Assembly (NCBI RefSeq): GCF_036588685.1
Contig: NC_086381.1
Coordinates: forward strand, 2,232,001 to 2,296,000
DNA: 64,000 nucleotides
Direction: 5' to 3'
DNA from: Mytilus trossulus
Lineage: Eukaryota
Part shown: positions 1-12,149 of the stretch, in pieces
How positions within the stretch are numbered: the stretch's first letter is position 1
Layout: each line of letters starts with the position of its first letter
Program-made: the position numbers and the translations under genes
The notes under the pieces: generated by a model
The model's database searches: none
What the model saw: only the letters and a program-made list of their open reading frames with translations
Told to the model about the DNA's origin: nothing

Positions 1-170
1 ATTGTCCTTGTGTCTCGCTTCAGGTTTAAGTGTTTGGTCAAGGTAGTTGAATCTGACATCAGACTCAGACTTTTTTTTAAGTAAATTTTACTGTTTGTAT
101 TGTGCGTTTCATTTTTTTATACGACCGCAAATTTTGAAAAAATTTTCGTCGTATATTGCTATCACGTTGG

Positions 171-201
<31 letters not shown>

Positions 202-221
202 GTCGTCGTCCGAATACTTTT

Positions 222-840
222 AGTTTTCGCACTCTAACTTTAGTAAAAGTGAATAGAAATCTATGAAATTTTAACACAAGGTTTATGACCATAAAAGGAA
301 GGCTGGTATTGATTTTGGGAGTTTTGATCCCAACATTTTAGGAATTAGGGGCCAAAAAGGGCCCAAATAAGCATTTTCTTGGTTTTCGCACTATAACTTT
401 AGTTTAAGTTAATAGAAATCTATGAAATTTTGACACAAGGTTTATAACCACAAAATAAAGGTTGGGATTGATTTTGGGAGTTTTATTTTCAACAGTTTAG
501 GAATTAGGGGCCAAAAAAGGGCCCAAATAAGCATTATTCTTGGTTTTAGCACAATCACTTTAGTTAAAGTAAATAGAAATCAATGAAATTTAAACACAAT
601 GTTTATGACCACAAAAGGAAGGTTGGTATTGATTTTGAGAGTTTCGGTCCCAACAGTTTAGGAATTCGGGGCCAAAAAGGGACCCAAATAAGCATTTTTC
701 TTGGTTTTCGCACCATAGCGTTAGTATAAGTAAATAGAAATCTATGAAATTTAAACACAAGGTTTATGACTATAAAAGGAAGGTTGGTATTGATTTTGGA
801 AGTTTTGGTCCCAACAGTTAAGGAAAAAGGGGCCCAAAGG
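222..840. repeat. Tandem array, ~160-bp unit, ~4 copies (inside HINE)
   Basis: AATAGAAATC(T/A)ATGAAAT recurs at ~252, 411, 572 and 733. Confidence 0.9.
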
Positions 841-1372
841 GTCCAAAATTAAACTTTGTTTGATTTCATCAAAATTGAATAATTGGGGTTCTTTAATATG
901 CCGAATCTAACTGTGTATGTAGATTCTTAATTTTTGGTCCCGTTTTCAAATTGGTCTACATTAAGGTCCAAAGGGTCCAAAATTAAACTTAGTTTGATTT
1001 TAACAAAAATTGAAACCTTGGGGTTCTTTGATATGCTGAATCTAAAAATGTACTTAGATTTTTGATTATTGGCCCAGTTTTCAAGTTGGCCCAAATCGGG
1101 GTCCAAAATTAAACATTGTTTGATTTCATCAAAAATTGAATAATTGGGGTTCTTTGATATGCCAAATCTAACTGTGTATGTAAATTCTTAATTTTTGGTC
1201 CAGTTTTAAAATTGGTCTAAATTAAAGTGCAAAGGGTCCAAAATTAAACTAAGTTTGATTTTAACAAAAATTAAATTCTTGGGCCTCTTTGATATGCTGA
1301 ATCTAAACATGTACTTAGATTTTTGATTATGGTCCCAGTTTTCAAGTTGGTCCAAATCAGGATCTAAAATTA
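840..1372. repeat. Tandem array of alternating ~134/126-bp units (inside HINE)
   Basis: GGTCCAAAATTAAAC recurs at ~840, 974, 1100 and 1235, with a degenerate copy at ~1360. Units 1 and 3 resemble each other, as do units 2 and 4. Confidence 0.85.
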
Positions 1373-3699
1373 TTATATTAAGTATTGTGCAATAGCAAGT
1401 CTTTTCAATTGCACAGTATTGTGCAATGGCAATAAATATCTAATTTCACAATATTGTGAAATAGCAAATTTTTTTTTAATTAAGAGTTATCTTTCTTTGT
1501 CCAGTATAGTAAGCAAGAAATATCTGCAAGAATTTTTTTTAATTGGAGGAGTTATCTTTCTTTGTCCAGAATCAACTTAAATCTTTGTTATATACAATAT
1601 ACAATGTATATTCACTTTTTACTACCAACTGATAAATTTAAATAATCTTTACCATTCAGTGATAACAAGCAGTTTTTTTACATCATGTATTTAAATGAGT
1701 AGTAATTATTGCAAAATCCATTAGAATATTTTAATTGAAATTAGTTTTGGAACAAGGGAAAGGGGGATGTGAATAAAAAATTGGGTTAAATTTTTCTCAT
1801 TTGAAATTTCATAAATAAAAAGAAAATTTCTTCAAACATTTTTTTGAGAGGATTAATATTCAACAGCATAGTGAATTGCTCTAAGAGAAAACAAAAATTT
1901 TAAGTTCATTTGAATACAGTCATTCTGTGTCAGAAACCTATGCTGTGTCAACTATTTAATCACAATCCAAATTTAGAGCGGAATCCAGCTTGAATGTTGT
2001 GTCCATACTTGCCCCAACCGTTCAGGGTTCAACCTCTGCGGTCGTATAAAGCTACGCCCTGCGGAGCATCTGATTCTACTTTGCCTAGAGGGGGTTTGAT
2101 ATTGCAAAAATAACATGTTTAAAAGGGGGTGACGCTGTTTTGTCACCTTACCCAGTTTTACATTTTAAAAATATATACCTTTTATAAATTGCGTAGGAAA
2201 AAAAGTTATATTATATATATCTGATAGTTTTCTCAACTTTTCACTTATTCAAGCTTAAAAAGGTGTAAATAGACGTGCCCCCTTCAACCCCAACCCCTTC
2301 CGGAAACATAACTACTGTCATGAAAATACACTGACTTTTGAAAACACCCTTTAATGCATGTGTCTATCTATTTATTTAAGATAATCAATATTAAGATTTC
2401 TAAGCGCTAAATGTGTCTTGTCTTTATATTATTCTTCTTGTCGCTGATAAGTGAGACCCCACCCAGCATCAGATGCACAATCTGTATGTATCAGCAATAC
2501 CTGGAGTGTTTTGTTTTGTTTGTTGGTGTTTCAATATTGCTTTCCCCCTTAATATTTACCTTGGAGTTTGTTTCTTTTTACAATTTACATCTTAAATTGC
2601 CTTTCTGTTTCAATATATTTAAAATTAAATCTTCTAAATAGAAAATAAATCGCGGTTGCCATGGGCACAAATATGTTGCTAGGGAGAAACAACAGTGAAT
2701 TGGCAAAAATGTGCAATTAATTATGTAATATTTAAATAGTGTACAAGTGTAAAGTTCACTACATGCTAAACAAGTTCAATTTCAAAAATAGATATATTTA
2801 AGCTGTATAATAATCATATTTGATGAGTTTAACTCCGCCATTTTAGTGGTTGGTAGGCAACAGAATAAACGAGCTAGACCCAAAATTCGATTATTTTCAG
2901 AAGGTCTATGGTATAGACTTACAACATGACAAATTAAATGGAATTTGGGGGTGAGGCCAAAAATGGCCCTTATAGCCCCTAGTCCTTTTATTGATTACAC
3001 TATTTGTTATAACTTTATGATTTAGTACAAAAAACAACCGAAGAAATTGATAATGTTTGGCACCAGATGACTTTTTGAATGTTTATATCATTGAAAAAGC
3101 TCCAAATTATCTCCCTTTGGTGCAAAAAAGCAATTTTTGGCATAAATATTAAAATACCTTTTTTAACTCATCAATGACCTATATTTTTTATTGTTGTTTT
3201 CAAAAATCTGTACATAAAATAAATAATTGTAAAATTTAAGCAAATTTCTGTAATTTAGTGTTTTTTTTTTTTTATTTAGGTACATGTAAGAAAATGACAT
3301 GCTTAGCTTTATCTTTCAAGTTTTCCAGTTTTTTCTTGTGTCAGGTGTTTAATGCAGAATACGTCTCATCCAAATCTTATCGTCAAATTTTAATAAAAAC
3401 GTTAGAAAAAGAAATTATAACAGACTAGAGAAACAGATCAACGGTTATTGCAGTTAATTGTTGTGGGTGTACTTCATTATATGATGTCGAAACGTCATTA
3501 TATGATGTGCTTTCATCGATGTCGTCATAACGATTAAAATGATTACTGTCTACGTCATAACTGATTCAGATCTGCTTCTGTAAACTATAAACTCGGTTGT
3601 AATATGTGTCTATCGCTAGCAAAAACACAATTTATAGGAAATATGAGTTTATGCAATATAACAAAATCAATGTCTCAAACATTTCGAAGGAAGATTAAG

Positions 3700-3815
3700 A
3701 TCAATTAATCTCTGTTTTGAAGGTCGTTCTTTGACATATAATTGTTTAATCTAACAAATTATGACTTGGATGGAGAGTTGTCTCATTGGCTCTCATACCA
3801 CATCTTCTTATTTCT
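3700..3815 (+). repeat. Dispersed repeat family A, 3' fragment
   Basis: TTGAAGGTCG...GGATGGAGAGTTGTCTCATTGGCTCTCATACCACATCTTC is shared with copies at ~4770, 17690, 31330 and 59270 (reverse). Confidence 0.75.
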
Positions 3816-4814
3816 ATCCATTGCGACATACACAATTGATGCCACAGCCAGTTTTAAAAGTATTTCATAACATTAGCTATTATAATATATAAAATCATTT
3901 ACTCATGCATGATATAGCGAGATGGTTTTTATAATAAAATGTTATTGAATAATTTATGTATATAATGGTCAGATGTATAATGTAGTATTGAATATGTACA
4001 GTAATATTACATATAGCTATACTGCCAAATGAAGAGACCGTTTTTATTCAGCCACAACTCCTCTTAAACCATTCAAAGTCAGATTTTTTTTTTATAAAAT
4101 ATATTCACAGAAAACGACATTTTCTTTTAGAAAACATCCGCATTGGGAGATCGCATGCTCAGTAGATGTTCTGCCCGCGAAATGCGAAATGGCCAGGGTG
4201 GGTAACGTCCACATATTTGCATATACATATTGGTTTTTTTTCAACTTATTTAAATGGAATTTTTTTAATTGCTAATAAGATTCTGAACTTGAAGTAGCGT
4301 CAACAGTTTCCGAGATACAAGTGGTTGATTCCAAATGAAGTGTTTAAGATTTTATTTTTTATCCGATTAGATGGGGTTTTGTCCATTGTGTTACTTAATT
4401 TGATCATTTTCCGTAATCTCAACGGAGTTTACGTAGCTCATACGGTTATTGAGTTAAGAGGTTAAAAATACACTGAATTTCAACTTTTGCAATTTAGGAT
4501 ATTTAATATTTTTATTTTCCAACCGAGATAAATTGGGTTATGCTCGTCTATTTCATTACGTTTTCTGTTTTTATTAACCGTGTTCTAATCCGTACTGTGT
4601 CCAGAATGAATTAATAATAATTCGGAATACTTTGCTTGCTGGTGACAATGGTGTTCGAGAACGAGAAAACTTATCACCTTTCCTATTTTATTTTATTTCG
4701 ATTGACTGAGAAAATGTCTTAGTGAGTAAAAATATTACAAGAATTCTGTGTCATTTAGGTCTCATGTGGAGTGTTGTCTCTTTGGCAATCATACCACATC
4801 TTCTTTTTTTAATA

Positions 4815-5290
4815 AATAAAAATAAATAAATACAATATTAATAGAGCGCATTATATAATAACAAAAATTACTCTAAGTGCTTAACATTAAAAAAATATAT
4901 ATATAAAATACAAAAATACATAAATTATAGTTAAAAAGCACTATCTTAAAAGAATCAAACAAGCATATAAAAAATTATAACATACTTAAAAAAAAAGAGA
5001 AAAAAAATAAAAATGCATGTACCCTAAAATATACAAAACTGTCTAAAACTAATGCTTTCAATTAAAAGTATATCAAATTTACAAAAAATCCTAAAAAGCA
5101 GTCCGAAATAAATGAGTCATAAGTTGCTTTTTAAAAACATCTATGGAATTCACACTCCGTAAAGACGATGGCAAATTGTTCCAGAGTGTAGGCGCAGCCT
5201 TGTCAAAACGCCTCTCACCGTAACTTTTTGTTCGAATATTAAAATTAGCAGACCTATACAAGGTGATCTGGAAGGAGAATTATAAATATC
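4815..5290 (-). mobile_element. L2/CR1-group LINE 3' end (relic)
   Basis: The minus strand reads YGERRFDKAAPTLWNNLPSSLRSVNSIDVFKKQLMTHLF, a typical L2/CR1 ORF2 C-terminus. An AT-rich 3' UTR follows, ending ATAATGCGCTCTATTAA plus a (TATT)n tail. Confidence 0.75.
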
Positions 5291-5299
5291 TATCAAGCT

Positions 5300-5663
5300 T
5301 TTTCTTTATTATATTGTACGCAGATGGCACAGTATTGTTGGCCGAAACAGCTCATGACCTGCAGACTCAACTCAATTCCTTCCATTAGAATTGAAAAAGA
5401 CTTAAAACTTGAAAGTAAACGTTGACACCATCAAAGCCTCAGTGTTTTGTGTTCGACGTTTGCTAAAAAATCGCTGATTTTTCTACAGTGACACGAACAT
5501 TGTGATGGTAAAACATTATCGCTATTTGAGAATTGTTTTAACTAAAAAAGGAGATTTTATTATGAGAAAAACATTTATTCGATAAGACCTTCGTAAGCCA
5601 TGAACGATAACCTAAGAATGGAAAGGATGTATCAGCTTTCTGTACAATGCAATCTTGATATTT
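5300..5663 (+). pseudogene. RTEX-like LINE reverse transcriptase fragment, split by an Academ insertion and resuming at 11518-~11640
   Basis: Reads LYADGTVLLAETAHDLQTQLN (degenerate YADD motif) and ...QCNLDI. After the Academ element it continues FD*IIKPIMLYWCEVWGFS. Confidence 0.7.
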
Positions 5664-6191
5664 TAGTGGAGCGGCTTAGTACGGAAATGTGACATAATCA
5701 TACAAATGATGATACCAGCATAAGATTTAGTGTTCTAGCGCATATCAGAGGGATAGCCAACATATTTTTTGTTCATAGCGGCCATCTTGGATTTAGAATT
5801 GACATCATTTTACTCAATAGTAGTGATTTGAAAAAAATCCTAGCTTGTTTAACGTGATATAGGCGATGAAAACTATTAAAATAGCTGCTAATAGATAAAA
5901 CAGACTGGAATTGTAAACCTAAATTACCACTTCCGGTTAGGGTGGTTAAAATTCATGCAATCGAGTTATATAATGGGGGTAAAGATTTCTGATAAAAATG
6001 TCCTTTTGATAGATAGATGATTTTTAAATATAAACAGAGAGGTCGTATTATGAATTTGTCTACCATATCTTCCGATGTATTTCGTTCTCACTACACAATG
6101 CTGTACAGTTCAGATCAGCTCTATAACACTTGCATCTTAAAGAACAAGTTTTCTTACATCACACTTTGTATACCTCCTGTTGCAGTCAATT

Positions 6192-8137
6192 CACCGTGTA
6201 GAACACCACATGCGGGGTGTCGGCTATGCTTGACATGGGGTGGCAATTTTGAAGCGACAAAAAAGTAACAAGGTAAGTTCAAGCATCAAAATTTCTTATT
6301 TTAAGAACTCATTTAATGTATTGCACGGAAGGAACCGCAACGTAATGTATTTCCTAAAAGCAGAAGCAGTCGTTTTCAGTGCTCAGTTTTCTCAAACCCC
6401 TCGCCCTAGTTTTCCTTGTTGCAGATTTTCAGGCTGCAAATTTCGGTATAAAAAACGACTTTACACAACTACCCTCCGTATTATTTATATAGAATTGTAT
6501 TCCTCTCATGGACTTCTACCAAATACCAGTTTTTGAGTTAAAATTAATTGGTTTTAAAACTATTATTCATCAAAATATAAAGTGTCGTTCGGGGTGTCAG
6601 ATTTTGCATGTCAAGGGGTAGAGGCTTGTCATTAAAAAAGAAGACATTTTCTTATAAATCGGTCTCTGTCTGATACTTTTTAATTCAAACACACCCACAC
6701 TGTTTTGATGACAAATTACAAACTTATGGTATGTCATTTGGTCCATATTTTAGTCTTTTAAGTAATGTACATTTTTATCGATAAACATAGAAAATAGAGC
6801 CTCAAAGAAGACAAATAATTGTATATGAATAGACGTAAAATGTTATAAGTTTAATATTATACCTTTAAATAACAAAAATATTGACAAATGCACGTAAAAA
6901 TATGATAATTACACGTAAGAATGAAGAAGGGTGTAACCGATTTATTATCAAATCATCAATAATTTAATTTAAATTGCATAGGAATACAATTAGTGAAATG
7001 CTTTGAACAGACCAATCTGATTTTATTCTATTTAACATGAATCTGACTGTTTCCAGGAAAAAATAAGCGAAATATTGTCTACTAGAGGAAATGTACTTTC
7101 TTTTACCTTTTGGATAGATGATAGAAATTCAGCAGCCAAATGAACTTTTTTTAAAACTTTAATCGCTGTTTTGAAATCATTTACAATTGTAGTTTCTTTG
7201 TCGTCAGGATTACTTAAAGTTTCGTTGCCATTTGATGAAAAAGATGCCGGTGAGTGTTTATTTGGAGAGAGTATTCTAATTCTTTTGTTGAGTGATGAAT
7301 TTTTGCGGCGTGCACGATTGCTTTTTAGATGATCCTGGTGATGAAGTATGATGCAGTTTGGCTGGTGGAGGTTTCGGGTAGATCTTATATTGAGGACTAT
7401 ATTGTGATTTTCCTCCAGGTTTTGGTTTATTGAGTCATAGCCTTGACTTTTGTCTGACCATGGTAGACTGAAAAGGAAAAGAAATCATTTAACAGCTTTA
7501 AAACAAAATATTTTGAGCTATTTTGTACTATGAATGAAATCAAAAGCATTTTTTTTTAGACTAAAACAGGCAAAATGAAGTACCCTTATTTTGTCATCAT
7601 ATAGAAGTTGTGTTTGAATTAAATTGTATCATATGAAGACTAATTTATATGCAAATGTATATTTTTTTTATGACAAGCCTCTACCCCATGACATGCAAAA
7701 TCTGACACCCCGAGCGACATTTTATATGTTGATGAATAATAGTTTTAAAACCAATTAATTTTTACTAAGAAACTGGTATTTGGTAGAAGTCCATGAGAGG
7801 AATACAATTCTATATAAATAAAACGGAGGGTAGTTGTGTAAAGTAGTTTTTTATAAATAAACTTGCATATAAAGCCTCAAAATCTGCAACACGGAAAACT
7901 AGGGAGAGGTGTTTGAGAAAACTGAGCACTGAAAACGGCTGCTTCTGCTTTCAGGAAATAAATTACGTTGCGGTTCCTTCCGTGCAAAACATTATATGGT
8001 ACCGAGAGTTCTTAAAATAAGAAATTTTGATGCTTGAACTTACCTTGTTACTTTTTTGTCGCTTCAAAATCCCCCCCCCCCCCCCCCACCCAATGTCAAA
8101 CATAGCAGACACCCCGCATGTGGCGTTCTACACTGTG
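6192..8137. mobile_element. Non-autonomous DNA transposon with ~570-bp TIRs and CAC(C/A)GTG termini (Transib/Chapaev/RAG-like terminal signature), nested in Academ
   Basis: 6192-~6760 is an inverted copy of ~7555-8137. The left end is CACCGTG and the right end reads CACAGTG on the minus strand. Flanks are CAATT / TAATT, a 5-bp TSD with one mismatch. Confidence 0.85.
7032..7461 (-). pseudogene. Truncated coding remnant inside the CAC..GTG element (possible N-terminus of an element-encoded protein)
   Basis: A polypyrimidine tract and CAG acceptor are followed by ACCATGG. The frame MVRQKSRL*LNKPKPGGKSQ...DFKTAIKVLKKVHLAAEFLSSIQKVKESTFPLVDNISL runs ~140 codons with a single early TGA. Confidence 0.45.
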
Positions 8138-8334
8138 TAATTGGGTATCCACAACCCATCTGCTGTCTCCTTAACAAATCCTCAATCGACTGGACTAAGA
8201 AGTTGTGGTTTATTCGTGAATACATGTTCACATACATGACCAACTTGACATGCAGCTCGTTGAATGTGCTCACGCAGTGAAGCTCTATTAGTTGGAATAG
8301 TGTCATACCGGTTGTTTTGCGTTCAAGCAGTCAA

Positions 8335-8657
8335 AGAGCATTGAGGATCCAAAATTCAAAAAAATTGTGTCAAATACGGCTAAGGTAATCTATGCCAAGG
8401 CTAAGAAAATCCTTAGTTTTTCGAAAAATTCGAAGTTTTGTTAACAGGAAATGTATAAAAATGACCACATTATTGATATTCATGTCAACATCGGAATGTT
8501 GACTACTGGCCTGGGCTAGTGATACCCTCGGGGACGGAACGTCCACCAGCAGCGGCATTGACCTAGTGGTGTAAATATATAGTTATCAGGATTATAATTT
8601 AGTACGCCAGACGTGCTTTTCGTCTACATAAGAATCATCAGTGATGCTCATATCAAA
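8335..8657 (-). mobile_element. Retrozyme/Penelope-type short repeat (family B), near-full monomer with degenerate hammerhead
   Basis: Homologous to 15147-15318 and 57204-57455. The minus strand at 8604-8650 reads CTGATGA-TTCTTATGTAGAC-GAAA-AGCACG-TC-TGGCGTA. Confidence 0.8.
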
Positions 8658-8699
8658 TTTCGTTGTTAGATTCATGCCTCAAAAAATAATTGTTCACGT

Positions 8700-10400
8700 C
8701 AGCCATGCTGACTGTTTTGCCTTTGTCATGACCTCGTAAAGACTGTCACATCCGATGAAGGCATGAAAAAGCGCAAAGTCACTGAGTTAGGACTAGAACC
8801 ATGATCAATTTCAAAAGCCATTTAATATTGCCATCCTTCACCCAATTGCAAGCCAAAGTGTTGTTACCTGTAGTGTCTTGAATAAAGGTATTGCCAAAAC
8901 CACAACATCAGTTTTTTTGAATTTTTGAACTGACTTGCATCCCTGCCTAGCTGCACATTTGTATGAAAAACATATGTGACTGCTTCATTAGAATTACACG
9001 GACTACGATTATAATGGTCATCATGAGAATTTGTCATAGCATCATTGCCTTTTGTCCAAAAAAATGTTTTGTCAGATTGAACTGAGCAAATTATATCGTC
9101 AAAAAACCCAACACAGCTCTGTTTTGTTTTCGTCCCCTCAAGGTAAGCTCGCAAAATCTTTCGAAATCTTACTGGTGCCCACAACGCTTCCCTGGTTCCA
9201 TCACCCTGGCTCTACTGGTTTCTGCTTTTTAGCCTGAATACCATGACATATTTCATCATGTGATATTTTCACCCTTCAACCTAACCGTATTTGACTTATA
9301 CCCATTCTGTTAATTTATAAATATATAGTCATGGTTTTGAATGCGAGTTACATTCCCGAGCAAAATAAGAGGTTCTGGTTTTGTTTTTGTATGGTATCTA
9401 GGTTTCATGTGCATGTGAGCACCAGGAAGGTCAGGTTACGTTTTAGATTTTTTTAAACTTGTAGTTAATATTATCTGAACCCTTCTTACATTTTCTTTCA
9501 TTTGATGTTGAGAAGTAGAGATTACGGTCCCATGAAAAGTGATTTTATCCAGTTCAGTACCGGGTATATATTTCTAGTATATGATGTAAAGAAATGTATC
9601 AGTAATCTTCCTCTTCCAGTTTTATTTTTCAAAGAATAATAGACCAAGATACACAACAAATGGTGTCTCTGTTTTATAGTAACGTTCTAGGTCTATGGAT
9701 GGTAATTAAACATTAATAGTTGGCCATCTGAGATAAGAGTTGAACTATAAAAACGTTGTCTAACTGCCAGTTAATATCAAGTTTATGCTCTGTCATTTAC
9801 ACAAACTGCAAATAAGAAGATAAATTAAGAGACCATCTATAAAAAACCATGGTAATGTTTTTGCAATAGCTTACTTGCAGCGAAACATATCGGCAGTCGT
9901 TTGCATATGCATAAAGTCCTTGTAATCACAAGCAAACACGATAAATGGTCCTAAATCTTTTTCAAACATCAAACGGACATATCTGCCTTTTGTGTGAGCT
10001 TCAAGTTCTTGCCTTTGCTGCAGAAGCTTATCTTTCAGGTGCGTACAATGTACCTGTGCAGAAGTTAAATTTATTAGTGTCAATCTTTCGTCGTATATCT
10101 TTACCGAATATGCTCGTAAAAAACACCAGTGACTCTTCGAGAATCTTGTAAGCTTTAAAGATATTTGTTATCTGCTCAGCTAATGCTTGTTCTTTCAACC
10201 TATATATATCCTGAGTGAAACTGCTTTCGATATCTGTTTGTCTCTTCTGAGGTATCTCTGTTGTAAATAAGGCAAGACAAGATTGTTGATATATAATACT
10301 TTGTGCTATATATGACATGGACATTGCTTAATTTTTCCAACAGCTGTTTATCTTGTAGTACTGTGGCACAGCCCATTAATCATTGGCTTATATTCATTGT
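8700..10400 (-). pseudogene. Academ transposase relic
   Basis: Fragments HCTHLKDKLLQQRQELEAHTKGRYVRLMFEKDLG...ACDY (9871-10083), YQQSCLA...KEQALAE (10028-10324) and LFHAFIGCDS (~8742-8772, XPG-like motif) match motifs I recognise from Academ transposases. Many frameshifts are present. Confidence 0.7.
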
Positions 10401-12149
10401 CATTACCTCTCTTAAAGCAGACAAAGGCGGCTCCATATTATAAATGCGTATATATAAATCGATTGAAGGGCTTACATTCAATCAAAATTTCATTGAAAAA
10501 AAAGACATTGGTGACATTTGACGATAATGTGCTCTCTCAAGGCCTGCATTATTAAAACGTATCCTGCCTAAGTAAAAGTTCTGTTTCATTGTTCATTCAA
10601 ATCCGTCTACAGAGGGACATGGAGTACGTTTACTTCATGAAAAAGAAGGATACTTTTGCAAAATAGTTTAGATCCTTACTCTGACTGTTTCAGTAGGTTC
10701 GTTGGTAGATTCATGCCTCAAACAATATTTTGTCCAATTAGTTTCTCAACTATCTGTTGATGTAACTGATAAGTGAATTATTTTCTCCATTTCAAAAATC
10801 AACTTTGTTTTTGACTGTTTTACTGTGTTAATAAAATAAAAATGATCAACAATATAACGATCGAATGATAACTCAAATATTGTCTAAGTTAAATATCTGA
10901 ACACTTCTGATGTTAAGGACGACGGATTATACTTTTACCAACTGTATAACTCTTCGTTGTATGTGATACAACTGAATTCGGTTATTCCAATTACAAGTCT
11001 GCCTTCATTGAACTCGATCGTTCATTCAGTATCATTTGACTTCCATGCGATCTGTACACTATGCAGGTGAATAAGCCACTTAGCATTGGCTCTGCTAGCG
11101 TTGTCACATGCTGTCGTTTAAATTACGACTCCATGACTTAAGTTGATTACTATCAAAGCACTATGATTGGAACATCGGTCAAACGTAAGTTATTTATAAA
11201 ACCACAAGCGAGTTATCGATCAATATTTGACTGGAAATGATCTGTAGAACTCCAGCCAAACAAACAAACCTTCATTAACTTCACCTAGTAACCTTATTTT
11301 TTATGAACAAAAACGTATTATTTTTGCAAAATGGACCAAGCATTTGGTGTGTTTAACCTGAAAAAACATTTTCAAAATAAAAGATGGCCGTCATGATCGA
11401 AAAGATTTTATGTATGGCTATCCCCTTAATATGATACAATACATCTAAAGGCATGTGCTTACAATTTTCATGCTTGTTTTATCATTTGCATGATTTGTGT
11501 GATAAGCTGCTTAACTATTTTTGACTAAATTATAAAGCCCATTATGTTGTATTGGTGCGAAGTATGGGGTTTTAGTGATAATTAATAATGAGAAAAGATA
11601 CATTTAAAAAATATGTAAATAACTTTAAAATCTGAATTATATGTTAAACTGAAAACTAATTTAAGGCAAGAGGGTTAGAATATTTTTCTGAAAAATGCTA
11701 TAATCCAAAATGTGTCAAAAGCTTGACTACAATTTTTTTCTTTAAACCTGGAATTTGAGGAATATTTTGAACTTGAAACATGACGTTGTTTTCTGTCCAT
11801 CATAACGACAATTAACAAATTGCTGATTGAAAAAGAAGGTGGTAAAACGTATTGACAAAACCATTTAATTTTTTAGTGGATACATCAAATACCGGTACCT
11901 TACCCCGGCCTCGTTAATCGTTAGTAGCATATAGTCGACTTGGTTAGTATGTGTTAGACGTTTATTTAATTGCAATACATACATTTAGAAATCATTGTAA
12001 ATTATAATATATCCAACTAAAACATTATCAATGTAGAATGAGCAATAAATCTGAATAGATAAAAAAAAATAATGAATAAATGAATAAAAATCACAGAAAT
12101 TTGGAATTTGAGAAAAAGCAAAAATAAAAAAAAAAATATTTATTCAAAT

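Larger units (their letters stand above)
112..2073 (+). mobile_element. Helentron-associated non-autonomous element (HINE / DINE-1 / pearl-like) with internal tandem arrays
   Basis: 5' subTIR TTATACGACCGCA (117-129) with a nearby partial inverted copy (GTCGTATA ~148-155). Then a (CGT)n microsatellite (170-210), internal tandem repeats, a 3' subTIR TGCGGTCGTATAA (2037-2049) and a short terminal stem-loop GCTACGC-CCT-GCGGAGC (2051-2067). Flanks are T-rich. Confidence 0.85.
5664..11517 (-). mobile_element. Academ DNA transposon, decayed but with both termini
   Basis: Ends are TAGT...ACTA. Imperfect ~110-130-bp TIRs share the blocks GCTTA, AATCAT.CAAATGAT, GGGATAGCCA and CGGCCATCTT. The TSD is TTT (3 bp). 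Internal transposase relics lie on the minus strand. Confidence 0.8.

Noticed and set aside
77-292. Arg-rich ORF (also 44562-44756)
   Set aside because: It is a translation of (CGT)n microsatellites.
222-1372. CRISPR-like regular repeats
   Set aside because: The whole units are homologous with no unique spacers, there are no cas genes, and the context is a eukaryotic transposon.
6192-6270. A true V(D)J-type RSS (heptamer + 12/23 spacer + nonamer)
   Set aside because: The nonamer-like ACAAAAAAG is ~60 bp from the heptamer and both ends are symmetric.
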